From Podarcis vaucheri (taxonomy: Eukaryota), in the NCBI GenBank assembly GCA_965113315.1, contig OZ220364.1: a stretch of 64,000 nt of DNA. The stretch is one strand, 5' to 3'. Below, piece after piece: positions 1 through 11,500 of this stretch. The notes beneath the pieces are model-generated. The model did not search any database, was not told the origin of the DNA, and saw only the letters and a list, made by a program, of their open reading frames with translations. Within the stretch, counting starts at the first letter, position 1. Each line of letters starts with the position of its first letter. A program made the position numbers and the translations under genes.

Positions 1-54
1 TTTAGGATTACACTTCATGAATCTGATGAAATGGGGACGGGGGGTGGGTGGGCG

Positions 55-76
55 ACACACACACACACACACACAC
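55..76 (+). repeat. (AC)n microsatellite
   Basis: Direct reading. Confidence 0.95.
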
Positions 77-300
77 GTATCAGTCCTTAGGATGCCACAA
101 GAGTCTTTTGCAATTTTTGACTCAGCAAACCAACTTGGATGTCCCTCCAGAAACTGCTGTTGCTACTACTACTACTACTACCACTACTAGGAAAAATAAC
201 AGCAACTGGTTCTCTTATCTCTTTCTGGCAAGGTCATGCTGACTATAAAGGTAAGGCCAGAAGGAGCCTGGGTTTCACTTTCTCTTTCTATCTCTTCTTA

Positions 301-500
301 CTGTTCTTAACCTGAAGCACCACTTTAGCTAATGGGGCCTCCTGCTGCCGCCGCACCGCCGGAACACGATTTCTGTTCTCATCCTGAAGCAAAGTTCTTA
401 ATCCGAGGTACTATTTCTGGGTTAGTGAAGTCTGTAACCTGAAGCGTATGTAACCTGAAGCGTATGTAACCTGAAGCGTATGTAACCCGAGGTACCACTT
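301..500. mobile_element. Tigger-like MITE family A, opposite orientation, left end truncated, with an internal 16-bp tandem repeat
   Basis: Reverse complement of the 8143 family ending CCGAGGTACCACTT. (TGTAACCTGAAGCGTA)x3 at 433-480. Confidence 0.85.
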
Positions 501-708
501 TATGCTTAGTGTTAAGGTTTAGACTTATTATAAGTTATTGTAAGTTTAAGTTAAGTCTGCTGCAACTGGATTTCTTATGGACAGTGCCAATCCTGAATGT
601 ATTGGATTTGTGACTATTACACTCATTTGCCTTCAGTAGCAGTAAAGCTCTGCTGGATGAAATAGAATTGCCTCTGGTCTATTTTTTGTAAATCTTGCAA
701 CATGCTGA

Positions 709-967
709 CCGTATTTTTCGCTCTATAAGACGCCCCAGACCACAAGACACACCTAGTTTTTGGAGGAAGAAAACAAGAAAAAAATTATTCTGAATCTCAG
801 AAGCCAGAACAGCAAGAGGGATCGCTGCGCAGTGAAAGCAGCAATCCCTCTTGCTGTTCTGGCTTCTGTGATAGCTGCACAGCCTGCATTCGCTCCATAA
901 AATGCACGCACATTTCCCCTTACTTTTTAGGAGGGAAAAAGTGAGTCTTATAGAGCAAAAAATACGG
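709..967. mobile_element. Tc1/mariner-type MITE, family B, with internal hairpin
   Basis: TIRs CCGTATTTTTCGCTCTATAAGAC / GTCTTATAGAGCAAAAAATACGG followed by TA. A ~31-bp internal inverted repeat at 798-828 / 838-868. Confidence 0.85.
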
Positions 968-1240
968 TAAGTTTTTACTCTGCTAACTATACACTGGAAT
1001 CTATGGATCAACAGTAAATAGAATTTCATGACATCCAGTCTAGCACACTGTTCTGACGGTGACCAATCAGATGCCCATAGAAAGCCCGCAAGCAGGCTCT
1101 AAGCGCAGCAACCCTCTCTCCAGTTGCAAATCACAGCAACTAGTATTCAGAGGCATACTGCTTCCAACAGAGGTGGTAAAACATAGCTATTGTGCCTTAT
1201 AGCCATTGATAGACTTATTTTCCATGATGATGATAAGAAT

Positions 1241-1379
1241 CAGTGCTATTTTTCTAGAAAAAGAGGTGCCTTAACTCACCATGAACACCTCCCTCATTCT
1301 CTTAGAATGGCAATGGTTCCCACCAGAGATGTGCCAGAACTGAGTTCTGGTGAGTTCCGACTGGAAAAAAAAAGCCCCA
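1241..1379. mobile_element. hAT-superfamily MITE
   Basis: Imperfect TIRs CAGTGCTATTTTTCTAG / CTGGAAAAAAAAAGCCCCA. 8-bp TSD ATAAGAAT/ATTAGAAT. Confidence 0.7.
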
Positions 1380-2662
1380 ATTAGAATCTAGTAATTATAA
1401 CAACTAACAACAATATGTAGTCATTTCATGATAACTTATTCATCGCATGTCAGTTTTGCTACCTTTCATCTCAACACCTTTTCAGGTGTGGATTTCAATG
1501 GGAGGCAGGCACACTCTTTAGACTGAAGCATTATTTTCCTAACTTACTTTGATACATATTAGGGGACAAAAAGCTATTGCTACTCTTTAAGCCAGTGAGT
1601 TAATGGTGCACCCCCCCCCGTAATATAATCCCATTTTATTAAATGGGAATAACAATGCTTTCCTAATTCAGATGTGCTGTGAGCAGAAATGAGTCATGTC
1701 TGATCACTGGCAGCTGGAGTGGTGGGAACCAACGGTGTTTTTTGGTAAAGAATCCTGATGATATCATTGAATAGCCAGTTCTCCTTCCTCCAGACTACCA
1801 TTGCAAGGAGGGAAAAGCCAGACTTCATCAGATAGGCAGACTCTTCTTATGTTCTTAACTACTGATGCCAGAAAAAAAAACTTGCCTTGGCAAGGTAGGA
1901 GGAACAGCTCAGAAGGGGGAAGGCTGTATATTTTCTTCCTACTTCCAGACAGATGCAACAGATTTTCATGGCAGAAGAAATATCGCAATCCCAAACTGAA
2001 TCAGATCCTTCTATCTAGGAAAGCACAGCATCACAGGGAAGTTGGACCAAGTCAAGGACTCAGCCCTACACTAGGAAAATATTCTTGGCAGAACTATAGG
2101 ATGAAGAACTAGGTTGTGGTATCTTTCCCCCCATTGTGCACAGGAAGAACTTTCTTGGGGAGAGGACTTCTTGTGATGTGTCTCCAACCACCCAGTTCTT
2201 TACCATGAATAAGCATTTGATCATTGTCCTTGTTTAATTTATTACCCATGCTTCACTAACAGGTTCCAGGGTGGGTTACAACTATTTAAAATTCAGAATT
2301 AAAAAAAGTTAAAACATATCACAACCACAAGGACACATCTCAGGTGTCAAAGGCCAGATCTGAGAGGTGAAGGTGGTTTTGTGTTCTCAATGCCAAATAT
2401 TTTACTACTTATGATGTGTCTTCCAGGCATCTCTTGCAAAGTCTTTAGGCTGTGAGGCTCAAAAAGACTGCTCTTTAAAGCTCTAGAGAGCCATCGACAG
2501 TTGGTGCAGGCAATAAGATTGGTCTGATTTAACAGTCCAATTCTTTGTTCATTTCTATTTAAAACATCCCAGTGTTTCCTCTCATTGCCCAGAATCTCCA
2601 TCATGTACAAAAATGCTGGATTAACCTGTGTACCTCAAGCAATGGAGCTACATAATACCTTT

Positions 2663-2800
2663 GGGGAAGTGCTGTAGTTCAGTGGCAGGCTTCACGGTTT
2701 ACATGTTACGAGTTCTAGGTCCAGTGCCTACTAGCTCCAGGTAGAATATAAGAAGTCCCCTGTCTGAAAACCTGGATAGCCATTGCCAGTCAGTGCAGAG
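2663..2800 (+). mobile_element. Squam3-like SINE, degraded and 3'-truncated
   Basis: Similar to 6721-6912 (GTAGTTCAGTGG...CCTGTCTGAAAACCTGGA...TGCCAGTCAGTGCAGA). Confidence 0.65.
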
Positions 2801-3798
2801 CAGGGGTGTGGGACATGTGATTAGGGTGGCCATATGTCCTACTTTACCGAGGGCAGCCCTCTATTTTGAGCAACTGTCAGGGGGTGTTCCTCCATCTGAA
2901 GGTGTTCCCTGCTTGAACAATACAGGCCAAGTCCAGCTTATTATAGATCAACAGCAGACAGAGCAGGCAGACAAGATCTTTCTTACTACAGTGAGATTTT
3001 TAAATTTGCAGTGATTTGTCTCTATACGTTTAAATCGCCACATGCAATTTTCTGACAAACTGACAGCCACTTTTGTCCTCCTTTCTGGCGAGGCAAAACC
3101 TCACTTTTTTTCTTTTGGCAACACGTAACTAGACAATACAGCGCTAGCTGGAACGGCGGCCTGCCTTAGTATAAAGGCGCTTCCCACGTTCCCATCTGTC
3201 TATCCTACCCTGCAAAATCCCCATTTTGCCATCGCTGCACAGCAGCTGGTAAAATATCTCTCGAGATGCCCCCACCCACCCTGTTTCTTTTCCAGATGGC
3301 GGCAGGCTGGTGATGGGGGCTTGGGTTGACGCGCTGGATGCCAAAAGCAGCGCTCTTGACGCTATCGTTTGGGGCCTTTGCTGCCGCGCGTACCTTTTCA
3401 TATTGAGAGTTTCCAGGCTGCCCATCTGGCAGCGGCGCCACCGCAGAGACACCTTTCACTGTGTCACACGGAGCAGCTAAGTACTTTTGTCACATGCAGC
3501 CTTGTGTGGACTCGGCTGCTCGTTAGGACAAAACATGGAGGGAAAGATTCAGGAAAGAGCCTCTTGCCGCCTCCTTCCTGATGCAAACCCTTCCAGGCGA
3601 AAATGAGTCGTGTTGGTGGCGGTGGGGGAAAGAGAGAGAATCTCTAGCGCTCCTGTTCACTGGGTGTGACAGAAGCACAAGAGATGAAAGAGCATCCACC
3701 TGGAAGCACAGCAGGGGCCCACTTGGTACCTTGTAAAGCCTTTACCTTCCAGCTCATTAGGTGAGTGTTTTGTGCCTGGGAAGTGCCTTAAGAAAACG

Positions 3799-3829
<31 letters not shown>

Positions 3830-3904
3830 GGGCAGGACTTTGCCTCCAGATTATCCCCACGATTGCATGGAGTTTGTCGAAAATGCAGGGGGGGGGAGCG
3901 AAAA

Positions 3905-4560
3905 AAGGAAAGAAATGATAACTTAATATCTGAGAGGTAAGTGTTAGTAATTAGTCTGAAACACTTTGATCATTAATGCATGCAATCAAATTATCATCAA
4001 GAACGTTTCACAGTCAGCCCCTCCTTCCCCTCCCCTCCACCTTCCTCTCCCTCCCTCCTTCCCTGCCCTTCCCTTGCCATTTACAAAAAAAAGAAGAAAA
4101 GAAAAGAAAAAGCGTCTGGCAGGCTGCAAAGGTAACCATGTTAGCAAGGATGTTTGCAAAGGAAGATGCTGCTCCCTAGTGTCCGACGGGCTTGAAGCCG
4201 GAGCCAGAAACTGCAGCGCAGAGAAGGGGAGACTTTGTAAAGAAAGGCCGAGCAATAAACTAATGGTCCTGGGCAATCTTCCACCTAGCCCTTTTGTTAT
4301 CTGCTCAGATATTGATTGCACTCCCGATGGATATAGCTCAGGTTTTCCTGCTTTGGGTCCTTAAGTGAAATTAAAAGTGTGCAGTTCATTACAACCCTCT
4401 CCCTCCCTCCCTCCCTCCCTCTCCCTTCTCCTCCACCCCCTCTCTCTGATCTTTTGGCTGGTCGCCGATCGCTGGAAGCCAATTACACCCACGGGATTAA
4501 CAAGCTTTTTCCTTTCCCCTTTCACATTCCCATGCGCTCAGTATCCTCCGGCAGGTGGAA
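3905..4560. promoter_or_regulatory. Candidate conserved non-coding element or enhancer cluster
   Basis: Largely free of interspersed repeats. Homeobox/POU-type motifs (TAATTA, ATTAATGCATGC, CCAATTA, GGATTA) and retained CpGs. Conservation is inferred, not tested. Confidence 0.4.
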
Positions 4561-5944
4561 GGATAAACAGCAGACGCAGTAGTAAAGGGAATGTGCACAG
4601 CAGAAGCAGAGGCCTTCTCACTGCCTGCCCACTTATTCATTGCAGGTGCCCCTGGCTACTAGACTCTTATTACTGCCCCCAAAGTGCAGGCAGGGACCTT
4701 GGGCACATTGGGACACAAGACAAGCCTGCAGGATCAGGCCACTGGTGCATCTAGTTTAACACTGTTTCCTGACAGTGGCCAGCCAGGTGCCTATGGGAAG
4801 CCTTCAAGCTGGACATGGGTGCAACAGCTCTCTGCCCACCTGGGATTTCTAGCAACTGATATTCAGAGGCAAAATGCCTCTGACAGTGGGAACAGAGCCA
4901 TTGTGACTAGTAGCTGTTGATAGCATTGTCATCCGTGGATGTAGCTAAACCTTTTTTCAAAGCCATGGAAATTGGCTCTAAGGGAGCAAGTTTCCCTTAG
5001 AAGAAGTAGCCATTGCACAAGCTCTTTGCGAAACTTTCTGTGTAGTTTTTCACAAGCACATTGTTTTATTTGTGTATGCACGCATGCACATGCATGCATG
5101 CCCACCAAAATAAAATAGTTTGGCTGAAAGCAAAACCAAAATGTCTCCATCTGAACTGACCATGACCTGTGGTCAAAAAGCTGTCAAAGATCTCTAGGTT
5201 CCAGGCAATACGGATTCTCCTTTTCGAAGAATTAGCAAGTCAAGTCAGAAATGAAGATCAAGGTTTCCGTTACCTGTGTAAAATGTGAAGAATCCCCACC
5301 CCACCCCAATCTCCAGGAAAGCAGCGAACAATCGGCTCCTGTTTTCATAGGAGTAGAATATTTCTGAGGTACTGGCAGGGAGGAGAGGTTGGCCCAGCCC
5401 TAATATCTGTTCTAGGCAATACACTGCCTCATCCTCTACTTCTTTGAGGACTTGAAAGTGTTAACATGCACACCTATACATCAAAGCCCACCTCCTGCCA
5501 ACTCCCTCCTACCTTTGCTAAGTTTATATGTACAGATGTGGCCTATGTGTAGCCAAATGCATATCTTGTTTACTGCTGTGGTTGGGTTTGTGATCATATG
5601 GTGTACATATGATGGAGGCAGAAGCACACAATGAGCTTTCCATTTCTAACGTGCTAATTTAAAAATAAACATTAACTGTTTCTCACATCTTTGAGATTAT
5701 TCACTTTTTTTGTTCACCTCACTGGACGCTTCTGGGTTTGTTGGTGTGTGTGCTTCTTTTCTAAATCCAGGAATTGGGTGACCCAATTCCTGTGTATTTA
5801 TGGATTTGTTAGGCTGGATTGTGATCAGTGTAACCCATTAAATCATTCCACGTAGTATGTGGAATGTGCAGAAGTGATTTTGTGATTGCTTCAGTCGCAA
5901 TTCATCCCTGACTCCCAGCTCAGCTTACATTTCATCATCAGCAT

Positions 5945-6435
5945 TATCATTTATTTGTACCCCACCCATCTGACTTAGTTGCCCTAGCCACTCTGGGCAG
6001 CTCCCAACAGAATGTAAAAATACAACAAAACTTCAGATATGAAAAATTTCCTGATATACAGGGCTGCCTTCAGATGTCTCAAAAAAGTAATGTAGTTGTT
6101 TAATCTCTTTGACATCAGATGGGAGGGCATTCCACAGGGTGGGCACCACTACTGAGAAGCAGTGGCATAGCGTGGGTTGTCAGCACCCGGGGCAAGGCAA
6201 GTAATTTGCGCCCCCTCTGCCCTAGGGGCAGAGAGCTGCGAGTGCGAGTGCGCCCCCCAGATGTTGCGCCCGGTGCGGCCGGCCCCCCCTGCACCCCCCA
6301 CGCTACACCACTGCTGAGAAGGCCCTTTGCCTGGTTTCCTGTAGCTTCACATTTCACAATGAGGGGACCACCAGACAGCTCTCGGAGGTGGACCTCAGTG
6401 TTCAGGCTGAATGATGGAGGTGGAGATGCTCCTTC
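5945..6435 (-). mobile_element. L2-like LINE 3' end interrupted by a hAT MITE
   Basis: GGGAGGGCATTCCACAGGGTGGGCACCACTACTGAGAAG|GCCC resembles 57247-57290 of the L2 copy. The tail TTTATTTGTACCCCACCC...CCACTCTGGG is shared with ~8390, ~16475 and ~59480. Confidence 0.7.
6160..6313. mobile_element. hAT-superfamily MITE (154 bp)
   Basis: TIRs CAGTGGCATAGCGTGGG / CCCACGCTACACCACTG. Perfect 8-bp TSD CTGAGAAG at 6152-6159 and 6314-6321. CpG-rich. Confidence 0.9.
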
Positions 6436-6720
6436 AATTGCTTTATGCTGTTGGAGCATTATGACAAGTTTTGCATCAACAAAAACATACAAAGAGTTGT
6501 TTTGTTGTTTTCTCCTGAATCTTTGTGTACAAAATTCCATTGTGAGAATTGGAGCTCAGTGTGATGGTAACAAGAAGCTTTAAAACGAAAGCTAAGTAAG
6601 TAATGGTTCTCTTTGCTCTGGATTTTATTGCTTCCTTGATATGGGTCAGAAACAGACAATTGTCACCTCCTTCTAGCTATGCTAACGTCTAACAATCTTC
6701 TTGCAGACATCCCATCTATA

Positions 6721-6912
6721 GGGAAAGACCACAGCTCAGCGGTGGAGCATCTGCTTTGCAAACAGAAAGTCTCAAGTTCAATTTTGGGCATCTCCAGGTA
6801 AGGCTCGGAGAGAACCCTGCCTAGAACCCCAGAGAACTGCTGCCAGTCAGTATAGACAATACTGAGTTATATAGACCAAGGGTATGAGTCAGTATAAGGC
6901 AGCCTCCTATTT
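6721..6912 (+). mobile_element. tRNA-derived SINE (Squam3-like)
   Basis: A-box AGCTCAGCGGTGGAGCA, B-box-like GTTCAA, body CTGCCAGTCAGT.TAGACAATACTGAG and tail AGTATAAGGCAGC..CCTAT. Recurs about 7 times in the window. The family name is from recall. Confidence 0.8.
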
Positions 6913-7152
6913 CCCCAAACTTTCCCAACTTGTCACTTTCAGCTTCCTCCATCCCTCTCTTGGCATTCATTATTTTGTCATCCTTTTGTTGGGTCTTGTC
7001 TGCCTGCTTTCTTAGAGATGAATTTTCTCTTTTCTGCTGAGCCCAGAAACTGGCACCTTACTTTGGGAAACTCAAATGCTTCTTAGGAAATTCTGTGTGG
7101 CGTCCTTGTCTCCTTTTGAAGCTGCAAGACACTCCAAGGTGCCACCCAGAGG

Positions 7153-7153
<1 letters not shown>

Positions 7154-7188
<35 letters not shown>
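7154..7188 (+). repeat. (TA)n microsatellite
   Basis: Direct reading. Confidence 0.95.
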
Positions 7189-7191
<3 letters not shown>

Positions 7192-8142
7192 AGTTCTCAG
7201 CATGAGTTAAAAGGAAACCCATCCCTGTAGAAAGTGTATATTCTTGGCAAACCATAGCAATAGGGGTTTTACCGCAACTGCTGGAAGAAGAAGAAAAACC
7301 TAACTCAGTGAGAAGATCATTGAAGTGCTGTGCAGAATTAGGAATGAACTGTACGGGGCGTGCTGCAGGCAAATATTATGCTGCCTCTGGAAAAGGCCGT
7401 TCTTCCAGGGAATGTTTAAAGGAAGGCATTCAGTGTGAGCTGCCCTTACTCTGAATGGGCTTTGTAGCATTTCATGTGGCTGTCAAACATTTTTTATAGG
7501 AAAGGAAGAGAGTGATTATTTGCAGGGCAGTCGACTTGATGGCCCATCATGCCCAGGTGAGGGTGTGAACCAATAAATGACCAAGAGGGACGTATGGGTG
7601 AAAACTGATTGCAGTTTTATTGACCAACAGACATAGGTGGGGCTGGCATGGCATTGGGTTAGGAACTGTTGATCAAAAAGGACTTCATGCCTGAAGCTTA
7701 GCTGGGGACATCTGGAAAGTTTCCTCTACACGAGGAAAGGTGGAAGGAGGCCAGATGAGATGGTGGCCAGTATTTTTAGAGGAAGACACCACCCCAACCC
7801 TCCCCAATACCTTGCCAAGTTGTGTGAGATGCAGGGTCCCCCCAGCTCTCATGGGAGGATTGTCTTTCCTCATCAGCCATGACAGCTGTCATCTCACAAA
7901 GCAGCTGACAGCTTCAATGGGTTCACCAGGACATGAAACCCAGCACAAATCCAGTGATGTCTTTTTAATAAGGCATCACCTTTTCTATCAGAAAAACAGA
8001 AAGTTGAGGGACAAACAGAAATGAAGGTAGGGTGTTGAATCATGGAATGCAGTTTGGGCCAGTCCTTCTCCTTGCCCAAGTTGTGGTAGCAGATAGTGTG
8101 GATTGGATGATGATGATGATGATAATAATAATAATAATAATA

Positions 8143-8367
8143 CAGTGGTACCTTGGGTTACAAACACTTCGGGTTACAAACTCCGCTAACCCGGAAGTAG
8201 TACCTCAAGTTGTGAACTTTGCCCCAGGATGAGAACAGAAATTGCGCGCCAACGGCGCGGCAGCAACAGGAGGCCCCATTAGCAAAAGCACGCCTCAGGT
8301 TAAGAACGGTTTTGGGTTAAGAACAGACCTCTGGAATGCATTATGTTCATATCCTGAGGTACCACTG
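8143..8367. mobile_element. Tc1/mariner (Tigger/pogo-like) MITE, family A
   Basis: TIRs CAGTGGTACCT...AGGTACCACTG with TA on both sides. Four copies in the window. Confidence 0.9.
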
Positions 8368-10159
8368 TAACAACAATAACAACAACAATTTATTATTTAT
8401 ACCCTACCTATCCGGCAGGGTTTCCCTAGCCACTCTGGGAGGCTTACAACAGATTAAAAACAGAATAAAACATTAAAAACTTTCCTAAACATATAGCACC
8501 CCTGCCTATTGTCTTCATTGCATCTAGTGCACAGCAGGTGCTTAACAGTAGCTGCTGCAACAAACAATTCCTGCTATTGCTGGTGACCATTTCCTTGACA
8601 TTACTTGGCAAAGGAAAATAAGAGGTGGGAAAGGGCAGAGAAGTACCTTTGAGGCATGCACACTTCAAGATTCCAGTTCTGAACATTTTAGCTCATATAC
8701 AAATAACTGCTTTAGGACTTGGGCATATATGAAGGGATTTTTGATGCTCTGTGTTCAACAGTAGCGCCCTCGTGCCTTATTGCAACTCACTTTTGAAAGT
8801 CCAAAGTGTGGCATGGGGTGTTGATGATTAAGAAGCCCAGAGCCTCAGAAACTAGGAGTAGACCTCTCAGGGTCCCTGCCCTTAACTGGCTTTGTTCTTT
8901 TGTGTTTAGTTCTGTGCCCTCCATATCTCACCTAAAAAGCCTTGTCCCCTTTTGAATCAGGCACTGGCCCTTTCCAGTTCAACTCCAGTTTGAAATGGAG
9001 TTCATTCTTCCCATGCCTGTTAGTGTATCCATTCCTCCCTTCCAGCTCTCCTGCCCCCTTTCTAACCAAAAGAAACCCCACAACCATTCATCTGAGAAGG
9101 GGAGAGTAATTAGTAAACAGAAATAGGATATGCATTTCCAATCCTTCGTTTCCTGGGAATGATGTCACTTCCTGCCATGGGGACAAAGGATTTGCAAGTT
9201 TCTCCAACTATTGGTTCAGTTTGGGAGACAGAGAAAAATCTCTTTTTTAAAAAAACCCAAAACAGCCTATCCTCCCCAGCAGGAAAGTATATTCTTGCAC
9301 ATGCTTGAATTTCATCATTTCCTATAAAGTGAGACTGGGAAGCCTCTCCTTCATCTAGTAAGTCCTCCACAGCATCAGTTATGTGTCTGCACCTTTCTCA
9401 AGGCTTTGTTACTTTGGGAAGGGGTGGAGAGAGACTGGCAGCCAAGGGCCTCCCCCATTTGTTGAGGGATGGTTAGCTCTCTTTGAGAATACTCATTAAA
9501 ACCCTGAAGTTTCAAGATGAAAAGGCGCATGGTTTTCAAAGTGAGTGGGGGGGGAGTCTGCCTATCATTAGTGAGTAGGGGACAGTTCAAGGCAGTTTCA
9601 TTAATTTTTTTCTGTGCCTTTTCAAGTATTGCCAAGTATCTGTACAGGAAAACGTCTCTCCATCTAGATGGAACGAAGGGTGCTAGTTTATGCATCTATT
9701 TGGATTCCTGCCTTGCCCCCATTCCTTGAGTTCTAGGTGTTTTGCGGCCATCAAAACTTACAACTGATTCCTCCCCCCCCCCCACAAAATGCCCTATTGG
9801 GGGACCCATGGGGACATGGAGAAAGGTCACATCAAGTAGCCCCACCCCCTGGCAATGTTTACTTCTCTCGACATTTGCGCAGCCAGAATGAACGTCTGTA
9901 GTGAGGGTATTTTCACACACATAGCTGCACACTGGAAGCCTTCCCCAGTCTGGGTTTGAAATCCCACAGCAGTCTTGGGATGCAGAGACGCATAATAGAC
10001 CCTCACGACAGATGCTTGAGCTGTGTGTCCAAATGCCAGGGAGGATATACCGGTAGATGGCGCATCAAACAGCAACTCTTCATGGTCCCATTCCTTGTCC
10101 CCACGTTGTTGAATATTATGGAAGCGGGATTTCTGGGAAGGCTTCTGAATTGTAGTTAG

Positions 10160-10358
10160 GAAGATAGGATGCTGCTTTATACTGAATCCTTACACTATTG
10201 GTCCATCCAGGTTAGTATTGTCCACACTGACTGGCAGTGGCTCTCCAGGATTTCAGACAGGGATATTTCCTTATGCTACTTGGAGATACCAGGGATCGAA
10301 CCTGGATTCTTGGGCATGCAAAACAAATGCTCTACCACTAAGCTACAAGCTGTCCCCC
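10160..10358 (-). mobile_element. Squam3-like SINE
   Basis: Reverse complement of the 6721 family, including GTAGCTTAGTGGTAGAGCA and GGTTCGATCCC. Confidence 0.8.
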
Positions 10359-11136
10359 TATATAGGACTCATGTAGTTATACTGTATGTGCCTTTACATG
10401 TATGTACCTTTTTATATCAAGACAGATAATGCATTTGACCTGGAAATCTATTTAGCAGAAAAATGAGACCATCTAGTATTTATCTTTTCAACTGAAAATG
10501 AAAAACACCAGTACTATAAAAAGGAGATGCAGTGTAATCTAAAGCAATAAGATATAATTTTATGCCAAGATATGAAGAAGAACCTATATCTTTATCACGT
10601 TTCTCTCACTTGAGAGATGAAAATCATATGGATGCCGGTTAGAAATTCACTCTATCCACTATATCTTTCAGAAATGCATTGTAAAGCTGTTCAACAGTTT
10701 CTGAAGTGAATTACAGGCTCAGAGGTAGCCCTGCCTCTTTCCCTGTGTAAATACAAACACTCTGGTACACAGATGCATCCACACAGATTTGCTTTATACT
10801 GACTGGGTTTCAGTGGACTCTATTTTAATTCTGGGTGCTTCATAGCTCCCAAAGGCAGTACTCTGCTGGCTTGTCCTATTCACTTCTCTCTTTGCAAGAG
10901 AATATGAGAAAACACCTTAATTGCTGGGCAGAGCAGCCCTATGGATAGGAAGCTGGCAGATTTTAACATCAGCTTAAAAACCTGAAAAAAGGCGGGGTAC
11001 TGACAGCTGAGGTGGCCTGAGCTTTGTTGAGGGAAAACAAGTATTTGAGTTAAGAGTTTTGACTCACACCACCCTTTTTTGCAAGTATTTGTTGTTGTTT
11101 AGTCATTTAGTCATGTCCGACTCTTCGTGACCCCAT

Positions 11137-11500
11137 AGGTAAAGGTAAAGGGAACCCTCACCATTAGGTCCTGTTGTGACCAACTCTGGGGTTGCGTGCT
11201 CATCTCGCTCCATAGGCCAAGGGAGCTGGCGTTTGTCCGCAGACAGCTTCCGGGTCATGTGGCCAGCATGACTAAGCCACTTCTGGCGAACCAGAGCAGC
11301 GCACGGAAATGCCGTTTACCTTCCCACCGGAGCAGTCCCTATTTATCTACTTGTACTTTGACGTGCTTTTGAACTGCTAGGTTGGCAGGAGCAGGGACCG
11401 AGGAACGGGAGCTCACCCCGTCACGCGGATTCGAACCGCCAACCTTCTTATCGGCAAGTCCTAGGCTCTGTGGTTTAACCCACAGCGCCACCCGCATCCC
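11137..11500 (-). mobile_element. Sauria SINE, full length, nested in a Bov-B tail
   Basis: tRNA-like head (minus strand GGGATGCGGGTGGCGCTGTGGGTTAAACC...GGTTCGAATCC), body CATGCTGGCCACATGACCCGGAAG and (TTTACC)n tail. TSD TCGTGACCCCAT/TTGTGACCCCAT. Confidence 0.9.

Noticed and set aside
433-486. CRISPR-like repeat array
   Set aside because: These are head-to-tail 16-bp repeats without spacers inside a MITE, in a eukaryotic context.
3966-4754. Overlapping 60-132 aa ORFs as host exons
   Set aside because: They translate low-complexity pyrimidine or purine tracts (poly-Pro, poly-Lys) with no domain or consistent splice structure.
7480-7870. Possible solo LTR (also ~35818-36030)
   Set aside because: LTR-like composition and a poly(A)-signal-like motif are present, but I could not define TG...CA ends with a TSD.
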